Origin: Candidatus Anoxymicrobiaceae bacterium
GTDB lineage: Bacteria; Actinomycetota; Geothermincolia; Fen-727; Anoxymicrobiaceae
Assembly (NCBI GenBank): GCA_036845225.1
Contig: DAIUEJ010000009.1
Location: 1,316-65,315 of the forward strand
Length of the DNA stretch: 64,000 nt
Direction of reading: 5' to 3'
Made by a program: the position numbers and the translations under genes. The notes below the pieces were generated by a model. That model did not search any database. It was not told the DNA's origin and was given only the letters and a program-made list of their open reading frames with translations. Shown piece by piece: positions 1 through 8,902 of this stretch (its first letter is position 1; each line of letters begins with the position of its first letter).

Positions 1-937
1 CCGCCAGCCTCGCGTTCTGGCCTTCCTTGCCGATGGCAAGAGAAAGCTGGTTGTCCGGGACTATCACCTCGGCGGTGAGGTTGTCCGGGTCCACGATCAC
101 CTCTTTGACCTTGGCCGGGCTTATAGCGTTGGCGACGAACTGGGCAGGGTCTTCTTTCCATTCGACGATGTCGACCTTCTCGCCGCGTAGCTCGCTCACG
201 ATCATCCGCACCCTGGACCCCTTGGCGCCCACGCAGGCGCCGACGGGGTCGACGTTGCTGTCATTTGACGCCACGGCAACCTTGGAGCGCTGTCCGCCCT
301 CCCTGGCGACCGCCTTTATCTCGACCAGCCCCTCGTAGATCTCCGGGACCTCGAGTTCGAACAGCCGCTTGAGCAAGCCCGGGTGAGTGCGGGAGACCAT
401 GATCTGCGGCCCCTTGGTGGTCCGCCTCACGTCCACTATGTAAGTCTTGATCCTCGCCCCGTGCTCGTACCTCTCTCCTCGCACCTGCTCACTCGGCGGC
501 AGCAGCGCCTCGACCTTGCCCAGGTCGACAAGCGTGTAACGCTGGTCGCTCTGCTGCACAATGCCGGTGACTATGTCGCCTTCGCGTCCGTGATACTCGT
601 CGAACATGAGCTCGCGCTCAGCCTCCCGGATGCGCTGTATGATGACCTGCTTGGCGGTCTGCGCCGCGATGCGGCCGAAGTTCTCGGGGGTCACCTCCAC
701 CTCTTCAGGCTCGCCCGCCTCGTTGGGGCGTGTCTCGAAGACGCTGATTTCGCCGCTCTCCTCGTCTATGTCTATCCTGGCGTCGATCTCTTCCTCTTCC
801 TCGCCGGCGCAGTAGTTCTTCTTGTAAGACGTCAGGAGCGCGTCCTTGAGAGCATCAAGGACCGTCTCGACGCCCAGGCCCTTCTCGCGCTCGATCTGTT
901 TCAACGCGTCCATCAATTTGAACTTCACTTCTAACAC
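1..937 (-). CDS. nusA: Transcription termination/antitermination factor NusA, N-terminal about 310 aa; the C-terminus runs off the window edge
   Basis: My own reverse translation of 1-937 gives ...LMDALKQIEREKGLGVETVLDALKDAL...GDIVTGIVQQSDQRYTLVDLGKVEALLPPSEQV...RTHPGLLKRLFELEVPEIYEGLVEIKAVAREGGQRSKVAVASND...AIGKEGQNARLA. This shows the NusA N-terminal, S1 and KH domain signatures. It lies directly downstream of rimP as in rimP-nusA-infB operons. The start is GTG at about 937 or ATG at about 913. It is absent from the ORF track because the stop is off-window. Confidence 0.85.
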   Translation of the reverse strand, partial: MLEVKFKLMDALKQIEREKGLGVETVLDALKDALLTSYKKNYCAGEEEEEIDARIDIDEESGEISVFETRPNEAGEPEEVEVTPENFGRIAAQTAKQVIIQRIREAERELMFDEYHGREGDIVTGIVQQSDQRYTLVDLGKVEALLPPSEQVRGERYEHGARIKTYIVDVRRTTKGPQIMVSRTHPGLLKRLFELEVPEIYEGLVEIKAVAREGGQRSKVAVASNDSNVDPVGACVGAKGSRVRMIVSELRGEKVDIVEWKEDPAQFVANAISPAKVKEVIVDPDNLTAEVIVPDNQLSLAIGKEGQNARLA

Positions 938-950
938 TTCCTGGTTGCCG

Positions 951-1418
951 CTACCACGGCAGCTCGGGGTCCAGGCGGGCAGACGCTATTGCCTCGTATT
1001 TGAGGTCCATCTGCTCTGCGCCGAGGTCCAGCTTGACCGATTCCTCCCCGGCATCCCTCACGATGCCCCTGAAGCTCCGGCGGCCCTCGTACGGCTGCCG
1101 CAGGTTCACCTTCACGCGCTTCCCGACGCTTCTCGCGAAATCCGCGGGCCTCTTGAGAGGCCTGTCGAGGCCGGGGCTCATGACCTCCAGTACGTACGGC
1201 CCCGGAACCACGTCCTCCCGGTCCAGCACCTGGGCGATCATATCGCTTGCCGACGCGCAGTCCTCGAGCGTCACCCCGCCTCGGGAGTCCACGGAAATCC
1301 GCAAAAAAGTGCGACCCCTATCCCTGGTGATGCCGACGTCCACGACCTCCAGCGATAAACCTCGCATCAGGTCTCCGGTCGCCTCGACCACCCTGTCGTA
1401 AAGGTCGCCGCCCTTCAC
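951..1418 (-). CDS. rimP: Ribosome maturation factor RimP
   Basis: The 155 aa product has a RimP-like N-terminal domain (LEVVDVGITRDRGRTFLRISVDSRGGVTLEDCASASDMIAQVLD...VLEVMSPGLDRPL). It lies immediately upstream of nusA. Confidence 0.8.
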   Translation of the reverse strand: MKGGDLYDRVVEATGDLMRGLSLEVVDVGITRDRGRTFLRISVDSRGGVTLEDCASASDMIAQVLDREDVVPGPYVLEVMSPGLDRPLKRPADFARSVGKRVKVNLRQPYEGRRSFRGIVRDAGEESVKLDLGAEQMDLKYEAIASARLDPELPW

Positions 1419-1461
1419 GGTGCTCCCTCCCGGAAGGCGCTACGGTAAATAAAAAGTGGGC

Positions 1462-1500
1462 AACCTCGCCCACTCAAAAAGAGCGCTTTCACAATTCATA
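1462..1500 (-). terminator. Rho-independent terminator after secG
   Basis: The minus-sense RNA reads GAGUGGGCGAGGUUGCCCACUUUUUAUUU. This is a GC stem-loop followed by a U-tract about 75 nt downstream of the secG stop. Confidence 0.6.
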
Positions 1501-1574
1501 ATTAGGTTAGCACAAAGAGGGCTTTCACGCAACGTCGCGGAGCGTGCCGCGGGACTGTTTCTGGCAGGCGGATA

Positions 1575-1883
1575 TCAGCCGAAAAGGGCTACTTTCAGCA
1601 TCAGGCTGGAGGGCGCGGTGGAGGGCGTGGTAGTGGTCGTCGTCGACGGGGCCAGCATCCAGACCAGGAGCAGTGTGGTGACGGCGAAGACGATGCCCAG
1701 TACTATCGTTATGCGGTCCAGGTTCTTCTCGACGATGGAGGACCCCGAGAACAGGCTGGCGCTCGAGCCTCCCAGCACGCTCGCGAGCCCTCCGCCTTTC
1801 CCCGAGTGCAGCAGGACAGACACTATCAGCGCGGCGGACACGGTTATGTGGATTATCAGAACGATTACCTTAAATACGCCCAT
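1575..1883 (-). CDS. secG: Preprotein translocase subunit SecG
   Basis: The 102 aa product has two TM segments and the Gly-rich loop (LLHSGKGGGLASVLGGSSASLFSGSS) typical of SecG. It is the last gene of the gap-pgk-tpi operon as in Actinobacteria. The start is ATG. Confidence 0.85.
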   Translation of the reverse strand: MGVFKVIVLIIHITVSAALIVSVLLHSGKGGGLASVLGGSSASLFSGSSIVEKNLDRITIVLGIVFAVTTLLLVWMLAPSTTTTTTPSTAPSSLMLKVALFG

Positions 1884-1900
1884 AACATGTGATTGTAGGG

Positions 1901-3433
1901 TTAAGGCCCGGCGCGCGCAACCGGAACGAACAACGAGCGGCCGGTCATCTCGCGCGGCTGCGGCAGCCCTATCTCCTCCAGCACCGTAGGCGCGATGTCC
2001 CCCAGCGAGCCCCCTGACCGCAGTGCGCGCTTCTCCGGCGTCACGTTTATGAACGGGACGGGCGAAGTGGAGTGGGCAGTGCAGACGTGGTGGTGCTCGA
2101 GCATCTGGTCCGCGTTCCCGTGGTCGGCCGTGATAAAGCCGGCGCCGCCGGCCTCGAGGACCGCGTCGAGTACTTTCCCCACGCAGGCGTCCACGGTCTC
2201 GACCGCTTTCACGGCGGCGTCCATGAAGCCGGTGTGCCCCACCATGTCGCAGTTGGCGAAATTGAGGACGATGAAGTCGTAGGCGCCGCCGCGCACGCGC
2301 CGCACCGCCTCCTCAGCGACCTCGGCCGCGCTCATCTCGGGCTTCATGTCGTAGGTCGCCACCTTCGGCGAAGGGATCAGCACCCTGTCCTCCCCCGGCT
2401 TGGGCTCCTCGATACCGCCGTTGAAAAAGTAGGTCACGTGAGCGTACTTCTCGGTTTCCGCTATGTGGAGCTGGGTCTTGTGGTTGGCGGCGAGGACGTC
2501 GGCGAGGGTCATCTTCACCTTCTCTGGCGGGAAGGCGACGACCACGCCGTACTGGTCGTCGTACTCGGTCATGGTCACCAGGTAAGGAAAGACTGCTTCC
2601 CCCCTGTCGAACCTGTCAAAGCTCTTCTCGATGAGAGCCTCCGTGAGCTGCCTCGGCCGGTCCGGCCGGAAGTTGAAGAAGATCACCGAGTCCAACGGCG
2701 CCATGGGCACACGCTCTCCGACCACCCTGGGGAGGAGGAACTCGTCGTCCTTGCCCTCGCTGTAGGAATCGTTGACGGCGTCCACCCCGGTGGCGACGGA
2801 CGTCCCCTCCGCGTGGACGATGGCATCGTAGGACAGCCTTGTGCGCTCCCACCTGTTATCGCGGTCCATCGCGTAGTAGCGCCCGGCGATGGTGCGGATC
2901 TTTCCCACCCCGTCAGTGGCGTATGCGTCCAGCTCTTCGACGTACTTGAGGGCGCTCCGGGGCGGCACGTCCCTGCCGTCCAGGAAAGCATGGGTGACCA
3001 CCCGGCTGAGCCCGGCGTCGCGCGCCATGTCGATAAGCGCGAACAGGTGCCTGATGTGACTGTGGACCCCGCCGTCGGACAGCAGGCCCAGCAGGTGGAG
3101 CGTCCCGCCTGTCTCTTTCGCGCGTTCGATGGCGCTCCGCAGTGCCTTGTTCCTGAAGAAAGAGCCGTCGTCGATCGCGTAATTGATGCGCTGGTAATCC
3201 TGGAGGACCAGCCGTCCGGCCCCGATATTGAGGTGCCCCACCTCGGAGTTGCCCATCTGTCCCGCGGGGAGCCCTACCGCCTCGCCCGACGAGCCCAGCT
3301 CGGTCGTGGGGTATTCGTGCATCAACCGGTCCATGACCGGGGTGGAGGCGAGGGCGATCGCGCTGGTGTCGTCGCGCGGCCCCACCCCCCAGCCGTCCAG
3401 GATCATGAGGATGAACGGCCGCGGGACCGTCAA
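1901..3433 (-). CDS. gpmI: 2,3-bisphosphoglycerate-independent phosphoglycerate mutase
   Basis: The 510 aa product begins ILDGWG with ...GNSEVGH... and ends ...ADHGN..., which are hallmark metal-binding and Ser-phosphotransfer motifs of iPGM. Its start overlaps the tpiA stop by 4 nt. Confidence 0.9.
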   Translation of the reverse strand: MTVPRPFILMILDGWGVGPRDDTSAIALASTPVMDRLMHEYPTTELGSSGEAVGLPAGQMGNSEVGHLNIGAGRLVLQDYQRINYAIDDGSFFRNKALRSAIERAKETGGTLHLLGLLSDGGVHSHIRHLFALIDMARDAGLSRVVTHAFLDGRDVPPRSALKYVEELDAYATDGVGKIRTIAGRYYAMDRDNRWERTRLSYDAIVHAEGTSVATGVDAVNDSYSEGKDDEFLLPRVVGERVPMAPLDSVIFFNFRPDRPRQLTEALIEKSFDRFDRGEAVFPYLVTMTEYDDQYGVVVAFPPEKVKMTLADVLAANHKTQLHIAETEKYAHVTYFFNGGIEEPKPGEDRVLIPSPKVATYDMKPEMSAAEVAEEAVRRVRGGAYDFIVLNFANCDMVGHTGFMDAAVKAVETVDACVGKVLDAVLEAGGAGFITADHGNADQMLEHHHVCTAHSTSPVPFINVTPEKRALRSGGSLGDIAPTVLEEIGLPQPREMTGRSLFVPVARAGP

Positions 3434-4200
3434 TTAAACCTCACCAGTCGCGCAAAATCGCCGGGCTTGAGGCTGGCGCCGCCGACCAGCGCGCCGTCGA
3501 TGTTGGGCATGGACATCAGCTCGTCGACATTGGACGGGCTGACGCTGCCGCCGTACTGGATGCGCAGGCCGTCGGCGAGGCCCCTGTCGTAGATGTCGGC
3601 CACTGTCTCCCTGATCAGCGAGCAGACCTCGTCGGCGTCCTCGGAGGTCGCCGCCATGCCGGTCCCGATGGCCCAGATCGGCTCGTAGGCGATGATGACG
3701 TGGGAGGCCTCGGCGTTCGGGATCTCGAAGAGCCCGCATTTGACCTGGTTGGTCACGATGTTGCCGGTCTCGCCCGCCTCGCGCTGCTTGAGGGTCTCGC
3801 CGCAGCACATGATCGGGGTGAGGCCGTGGGCGATCGCGGAAGATACCTTGCGGTTGACCCCCTGGTCCGTCTCCCCGAAAAGCTGCCTGCGCTCGGAGTG
3901 CCCTATGATCACGTACTGGACTCCGAAGTCCAGAAGCATCGTGGGCGAGACCTCGCCGGTGTATGCCCCCGACTCCTCCCAGTGCATGTTCTGGGCCCCC
4001 AGCCCGAGCTTCATGTCGCCGTCGCGTATCGCGGAGGCTACCGCCGGTATGTCAACGAACGGCGGGCAGACCACGGCATCGACCGCGTCGTAGCCGTCGA
4101 TCTCTTTGTAGAGGTCGTTCACCAGCGCGACTGCCTGGCTGCTCGTGAGGTTCATCTTCCAGTTCCCGGCGATGACAGGTTTTCTCAAGGCGGCCTCCAT
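3430..4200 (-). CDS. tpiA: Triosephosphate isomerase
   Basis: This is the C-terminal 256 codons of the 677-aa track ORF. It begins MEAALRKPVIAGNWKMN and carries the ...GHSERR..., ...AYEPIWAIGTG... and ...GGASLK... TIM signatures. ATG at 4200 was confirmed in the sequence. The upstream part of the long track ORF is out-of-frame read-through across pgk. Confidence 0.92.
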   Translation of the reverse strand: MEAALRKPVIAGNWKMNLTSSQAVALVNDLYKEIDGYDAVDAVVCPPFVDIPAVASAIRDGDMKLGLGAQNMHWEESGAYTGEVSPTMLLDFGVQYVIIGHSERRQLFGETDQGVNRKVSSAIAHGLTPIMCCGETLKQREAGETGNIVTNQVKCGLFEIPNAEASHVIIAYEPIWAIGTGMAATSEDADEVCSLIRETVADIYDRGLADGLRIQYGGSVSPSNVDELMSMPNIDGALVGGASLKPGDFARLVRFN

Positions 4201-4211
4201 TCTCGTTCCGG

Positions 4212-5402
4212 CTACTTGTCGTTGAGGGCCTCGACTGCGGGCAGCTTCTTCCCCTCCAGCAGGCGCATGGCGGCGCCGCCACCGGTGGACACGAAGTCCA
4301 TCTTGCCCTCCAGGCCGTACTGGCGCAGAGCCGCGTCCGAGTCTCCCCCTCCCACCACGGTCGTGGCACTGGCGTTGGCGATGCACTCGGCGATGCTCTT
4401 GGTGCCGTTGGCGAACGACGGCCACTCGAACACGCCCATGGGCCCGTTCCAGAAGATCGTCTTCGCCTCGTTGAGTATCACGCAGAACTTCTCGACGGTC
4501 GCCGGGCCGATGTCCAGCCCCATCCACCCCGGCGGGATGGACTCGGTGGGCACCACCTTGAAGTTGGCGTCCTTGTCGAACCGGTCGGCGACGACGAAGT
4601 CTATAGGCACCATGACCTTGACGCCCTTCTTGCGCGCCTTCTTCATGGTGTTGGAGATCTGCTGGAGCTGGTCCTCCTCTATCACAGACTGCCCGATCTC
4701 GAGGCCCATGCTCCTGATCACGGTGAAGCACATGCCTCCGCCGGTGAGTATGAAGTCCGCGATCTCCAGGAAGCTGTCGATCACGCCCAGCTTGTCGGAT
4801 ATCTTGTTGCCCCCCAGCACGACCGCGAACGGCCTGGCCGGCTCCTCGAGCAGGCCGCCGAGCGTCTCCAGCTCCTTCTCCATGAGGAGTCCCATCACGG
4901 AAGGGAGGTAGCGCGTCACGCCGACGGTTGAAGCATGCGCGCGGTGGCTGGTCCCGAACGCGTCGTTGACGTAGATGTCGGCGAGATCGGCCAGTTGCTT
5001 CGCAAAGTCCGGCAGGTTCTCCCGCTCGCCCGGATAGAAACGCAGGTTCTCCAGCAGGATTATCTTGTCGGGATTGTCCTTGATGGCCTCTTTGACCCTC
5101 GGGCCTACGCTCTCCTTCAGGCTCACCACCGGATAGTTGATGAGCTCGGCGAGCCTCTTTCCGACAGGGCCCATCCGCAGGCTCTCCACGACCTGGCCCT
5201 TGGGCCTGCCGAGGTGGGACATCAGTATGGGCCTGGCCTTGTGGTCGAGCAGGTACTGGATGGTGGGCAGCGCGCCCCGTATGCGCGTATCGTCGGCCAC
5301 GTTGCGCTCGATGTCGAGAGGTACGTTGAAGTCGACGCGCACGAGCACCTTCTTGCCCGTGACTTCGATATCCTCGAGGGTCTTCTTTGGGGGTTGGAGC
5401 AT
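4212..5402 (-). CDS. pgk: Phosphoglycerate kinase
   Basis: The 396 aa product contains ...VLVRVDFNVPL...HLGRPKG...GGGD... PGK motifs. The stop TAG at 4212-4214 was verified. Confidence 0.93.
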   Translation of the reverse strand: MLQPPKKTLEDIEVTGKKVLVRVDFNVPLDIERNVADDTRIRGALPTIQYLLDHKARPILMSHLGRPKGQVVESLRMGPVGKRLAELINYPVVSLKESVGPRVKEAIKDNPDKIILLENLRFYPGERENLPDFAKQLADLADIYVNDAFGTSHRAHASTVGVTRYLPSVMGLLMEKELETLGGLLEEPARPFAVVLGGNKISDKLGVIDSFLEIADFILTGGGMCFTVIRSMGLEIGQSVIEEDQLQQISNTMKKARKKGVKVMVPIDFVVADRFDKDANFKVVPTESIPPGWMGLDIGPATVEKFCVILNEAKTIFWNGPMGVFEWPSFANGTKSIAECIANASATTVVGGGDSDAALRQYGLEGKMDFVSTGGGAAMRLLEGKKLPAVEALNDK

Positions 5403-5411
5403 CTGAGTCCC

Positions 5412-6413
5412 CTACGCCATGATGAACTTGATCAGGTCGACGACCCTGTTCGAGTAACCCCATTCGTTGTCGTACCAGGTCATGACCTTCACCAGGTTCC
5501 CCATGACCATGGTCGATTGAGCGTCGAATATCGAGGAGTAGGGGCTGCCTACCACGTCGATGGACACGATGGGGTCCTCGGTGTAGGCGAGGATGCCCTT
5601 CATGCGCCCCTTGTCCGCCGCCGATTCCACCGCGTTGTTGACCTCGGCCACCGTGACCTCGCGGTTGAGTATCGCCACCAGGTCGACGATCGACGCGTCG
5701 AACGTCGGCACCCTCATCGCGACGCCGTCGATCTTGCCCTTCATCTCCGGGATCACCAGCGCGGTCGCGCGCGCTGCGCCGGTGGAGGTGGGGATTATCG
5801 ACATGCCGGCCGCCCTGGCGCGCCTCAGGTCCTTGTGTGGAGCGTCCAGGATGACCTGGTCGTTGGTGTAAGCGTGAATGGTGGTCATGTACGCCCGCTC
5901 GATGCCGAAGCTGTCGAGGAGCACCTTCACCAGCGGCACCAGGCCGTTGGTGGTGCAGGAGGCGTTGGAGATCACGTGGTGCTTGGCCTTGTCGTACGCG
6001 TCCTCGTTGACGCCCAGCACCATGGTGATGTCGGGTTCGGTCGCCGGAGCGGAGATGATGACCTTCTCGGCGCCGGCCGTGATGTGCTTGGCGGCCTTGT
6101 CGCGGTGGGTGAAGAGCCCTGTCGACTCCACGACCACGTCGACGTTCAGCTCTTTCCAGGGGAGCTTCTCGGGGTCTCTCTCGGAAAGGACCCGCACCTC
6201 TTTGTCATCGATGACAAGCACGCCCTCGTGTCCTGTCTCGACGCTGCCGCAATAGGTGCCGTGCACCGAGTCGTACTTGAACAGGTGCCTCATGACCTTG
6301 GCATCCGTGAGGTCGTTTATCGCGACGAACTCGATGTCCGGGTCCGAGATCCCGGCGCGTGTGACGAGCCTGCCGATCCTCCCGAAACCGTTGATTCCTA
6401 CCCTGACTGCCAT
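5412..6413 (-). CDS. gap: Glyceraldehyde-3-phosphate dehydrogenase
   Basis: The 333 aa product begins [15 protein letters not shown] and contains the ...SNASCTTN... active-site Cys motif. Confidence 0.95.
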   Translation of the reverse strand: MAVRVGINGFGRIGRLVTRAGISDPDIEFVAINDLTDAKVMRHLFKYDSVHGTYCGSVETGHEGVLVIDDKEVRVLSERDPEKLPWKELNVDVVVESTGLFTHRDKAAKHITAGAEKVIISAPATEPDITMVLGVNEDAYDKAKHHVISNASCTTNGLVPLVKVLLDSFGIERAYMTTIHAYTNDQVILDAPHKDLRRARAAGMSIIPTSTGAARATALVIPEMKGKIDGVAMRVPTFDASIVDLVAILNREVTVAEVNNAVESAADKGRMKGILAYTEDPIVSIDVVGSPYSSIFDAQSTMVMGNLVKVMTWYDNEWGYSNRVVDLIKFIMA

Positions 6414-6447
6414 CTCTTACACCCCTTTCTCCCCTGCGTCCCGTGGC

Positions 6448-6462
6448 CAACATTATATCAGT
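6448..6462 (-). promoter_or_regulatory. Extended -10 promoter (TGATATAAT) of the gap-pgk-tpiA-gpmI-secG operon
   Basis: The minus-sense sequence CTGATATAATG lies about 40 nt upstream of the gap ATG, followed by the RBS GAAAGGGG. Confidence 0.5.
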
Positions 6463-6506
6463 ACTGGCAAAGAGGTTCGCCTCTTGGGGGCCTTTTCCCG
6501 CCTCGT

Positions 6507-7445
6507 TCAGGCGTTTTCGGCTCCAAGGAGAGATTCGAGGCGGCGCATGCGCCCCTGGACCACCGCCTTCGACACCGGCGGCTCGAGGGCGCGGCCAAGT
6601 TCGGCGAGCGAAGCCTGGGGGTGGCGGAGGCGGGCCTCGGCGAGCTCCGTCAGCTCTCCGGGGGCATCCTTGAGCAGTCCCAGCGCACCCAGCCTGCCCA
6701 CGAGTTCCCTCTGCCGGAGGGAAGCCTCGGCAAGCCTGCGCGCGTTCGCGGAGTCGCAGTTCACCAGACGGTTTACCTGGTTCCGGGTCGCGTTCATGAT
6801 GGTGCGGCTCTCCCAGGAAAGGTGCGCCCCGTGCGCTCCGACGACCGCGAGGAAGTTCGATATCTGCTGGCGCTGCTTGAGGTAGAGCACCCATTGGCTG
6901 CGCCGCTCGCGCAACCCCGGATGGAGGCCGCGGCGCCTGAACAGCTCGTCGAAAGCCCTGGCCGATTCCCCCATCGCGAAGGATATCTCGAGGTCGGCCG
7001 GGCCGAACGGTTCGCTCACGTACCCGCCGCCCAGGAACGCGCCGCGCAGCGCCGACGCCGCGCAGCAGTCACTTCTGGTGAGCCGCCGCGGCACCACCTC
7101 CTCCGGCGAGAGGCTGGCGTCAAGTACTCCCAGCTCGTTGAGCACTTGATGGAACCCCGGCTGGTCCGGCAGCTCCAGGCGATAGACCGTGGCGCGCCTG
7201 GGGGAGCTGCGGGTGACTTTGACCAGCGGTGTCTCCAGGTCGAACAGCGAATGCAGGAGCGTGTAGATCTTGCGCGCGGTGTATACGCCGGACGACTCCG
7301 TCACCAGCATGTGGCCGCCGCTGCCGCGGATCGCATAGGTACCGTCCATGTGCAGGAGGGCGGAGAGCTCCGCGACCTGGCAGCAGTGCCGGCTGGCCCT
7401 GTAGTGCCCTAGCTCCTCTTTTACCGTGTGGACGCTGCTGGTCAT
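6507..7445 (-). CDS. whiA: Sporulation/cell-division transcriptional regulator WhiA
   Basis: The 312 aa product has WhiA LAGLIDADG-like N-terminal repeats and a C-terminal HTH domain. It lies immediately downstream of rapZ. Confidence 0.85.
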   Translation of the reverse strand: MTSSVHTVKEELGHYRASRHCCQVAELSALLHMDGTYAIRGSGGHMLVTESSGVYTARKIYTLLHSLFDLETPLVKVTRSSPRRATVYRLELPDQPGFHQVLNELGVLDASLSPEEVVPRRLTRSDCCAASALRGAFLGGGYVSEPFGPADLEISFAMGESARAFDELFRRRGLHPGLRERRSQWVLYLKQRQQISNFLAVVGAHGAHLSWESRTIMNATRNQVNRLVNCDSANARRLAEASLRQRELVGRLGALGLLKDAPGELTELAEARLRHPQASLAELGRALEPPVSKAVVQGRMRRLESLLGAENA

Positions 7446-8297
7446 CTACTTGTTGATGTCGCGGTGGGCCACCGAGACCGGCTGGCCTTCCTTCTTGAAC
7501 CGCCGCGCCAGTTCGTTGGCGATGACCACCGACCTGTGCCGGCCTCCGGTGCAACCGATCCCGATGGAGAGGTAAGGCCTCCGCTCGCGGAGGTAGTCCG
7601 GCAGTATGAACTCGATCAGCCCCTTGAAGCGGTCGACGAACTCCAGGGCCTCCGGCCGCTCCAGCACGAACTTCTTCACCCGCTTGTCGGTGCCCTTGCG
7701 GTCCCGCAGCTCCGGCACCCAGTAGGGGTTGGGAAGAAACCTCACGTCGAAGATGATGTCGGCGTCGAGAGGGTGGCCGTACTTGTAGCCGAACGAGAGC
7801 AGCGATATCTTGGTAGCCCTTTCGCCCTCGGCCCCCGGCAGGACGTTGAGCAGCTTGTCCCGCAGCTCGCGGACGTTCATGCCGGAGGTGTCTATCACCA
7901 CGTCCGCCCGCTCCCGGAGCGGGTCGAGCAGCTTGCGCTCCTCGGCTATCAGGCCGGCCACGCCGAGGCCCTTGCTCTCGAGCGGGTGTATGCGCCGAGT
8001 CTCAGAGAACCTGCGCAGCAACACCTCGTCTGAGGCGTTCAGGAACACAATGGTGTAAGGGATGGACTCGAGGCCCTCCAGGGCGGAGAGCACCTCGGTG
8101 AAGTTCGTGCCGCCGCGGACGTCCATCACCACCGCGATCATGGCGAACTTCTCCCCCCCGATCGGCGCGAGCTCCACCACGTTGGCGAGCAGATTCCCGG
8201 GCAGGTTGTCTATAGCGTAGTATCCCATGTCCTCGAAGTAGTTGAGCGCCTCGCTCTTGCCGGCGCCCGACATGCCCGTCACGATGACGATCTCCAA
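7446..8297 (-). CDS. rapZ: RNase adapter protein RapZ (P-loop nucleotide-binding protein YvcJ)
   Basis: The 283 aa product begins VIVTGMSGAGKSEALNYFEDMGYYAIDNLP (Walker A) and has a ...GCTGGRHRS... C-terminal motif. Confidence 0.9.
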   Translation of the reverse strand: MEIVIVTGMSGAGKSEALNYFEDMGYYAIDNLPGNLLANVVELAPIGGEKFAMIAVVMDVRGGTNFTEVLSALEGLESIPYTIVFLNASDEVLLRRFSETRRIHPLESKGLGVAGLIAEERKLLDPLRERADVVIDTSGMNVRELRDKLLNVLPGAEGERATKISLLSFGYKYGHPLDADIIFDVRFLPNPYWVPELRDRKGTDKRVKKFVLERPEALEFVDRFKGLIEFILPDYLRERRPYLSIGIGCTGGRHRSVVIANELARRFKKEGQPVSVAHRDINK

Positions 8298-8371
8298 GCG
8301 TTACCTCCACTGGTCCCTGGCCGTGAGGCAGTGCCTTCCTGCCTCAATGATAGCGCTATCGTGCTCCGAGT

Positions 8372-8902
8372 TCAGCAGCGAGGTACGGACCCCTCGAGCT
8401 CGAGCAGCCTCTCTTTCCACCCGGGGGCCCCGCTCCAGCCTCCGATTCCTCCGCCGGCCCGGACGACCCGGTGACACGGGATCACCAGGGGCACCGGATT
8501 GCGTGCGACCGCGCCGCCCGCCGCGCGCGCCGAGCCGCGGCTCCCCGCCATGGCCGCGACTTCCCCGTAGCTCGCCACGGAGCCCCAGGGTATGCGCTCC
8601 ACGGCGCCAAGGACCTTCCTCGTGAACGGCGTCACGCCCTCCAGGTCTACCGGCGGCGCATCGGCGGGCCGCTTTCCGGCGAGGAGGTCCGAGAGGAAAC
8701 CCGCGAGCGCCTCGATGTGGCGCGCGGTGCCCTCATCGACACTCGGGTCGATGAACTCGACGCGCGCCTTATCTGATGCGGTGCTCTCTCTTCCGAGTGG
8801 CGGCAGCTCGAGCCTCACGATGCCCGACGGGCACGCCCAGACTCTGAACTCGAGCCCGCCGACGTCCAGCCGGGCCGTCTCGCGCTCTCTGGCGTTCTTC
8901 AC
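8372..8902 (-). CDS. ogt: Methylated-DNA--protein-cysteine methyltransferase (Ogt/MGMT)
   Basis: The 176 aa product carries the ...VIPCHRVV... active-site PCHR motif. It also has the upstream helix-turn-helix region (TYGEVAAMAG-like). Confidence 0.85.
   Translation of the reverse strand: MKNARERETARLDVGGLEFRVWACPSGIVRLELPPLGRESTASDKARVEFIDPSVDEGTARHIEALAGFLSDLLAGKRPADAPPVDLEGVTPFTRKVLGAVERIPWGSVASYGEVAAMAGSRGSARAAGGAVARNPVPLVIPCHRVVRAGGGIGGWSGAPGWKERLLELEGSVPRC

Noticed and set aside
2072-3592. Long plus-strand ORFs, including 2072-3592, 4935-7412, 10666-13647, 20267-23128, 26504-28261 and 51865-54222, that run antisense to the minus-strand genes
   Set aside because: These are typical stop-codon-poor antisense frames of a high-GC genome. 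Each overlaps a well-supported conserved gene on the other strand, has no recognisable domains and has a biased Arg/Ala/Gly/Pro composition.
3430-5463. 677-aa minus-strand track ORF
   Set aside because: This is a frame artefact. Only the last 256 codons (3430-4200) encode TpiA. The upstream part is an alternative frame across pgk, which is encoded in its own frame at 4212-5402.
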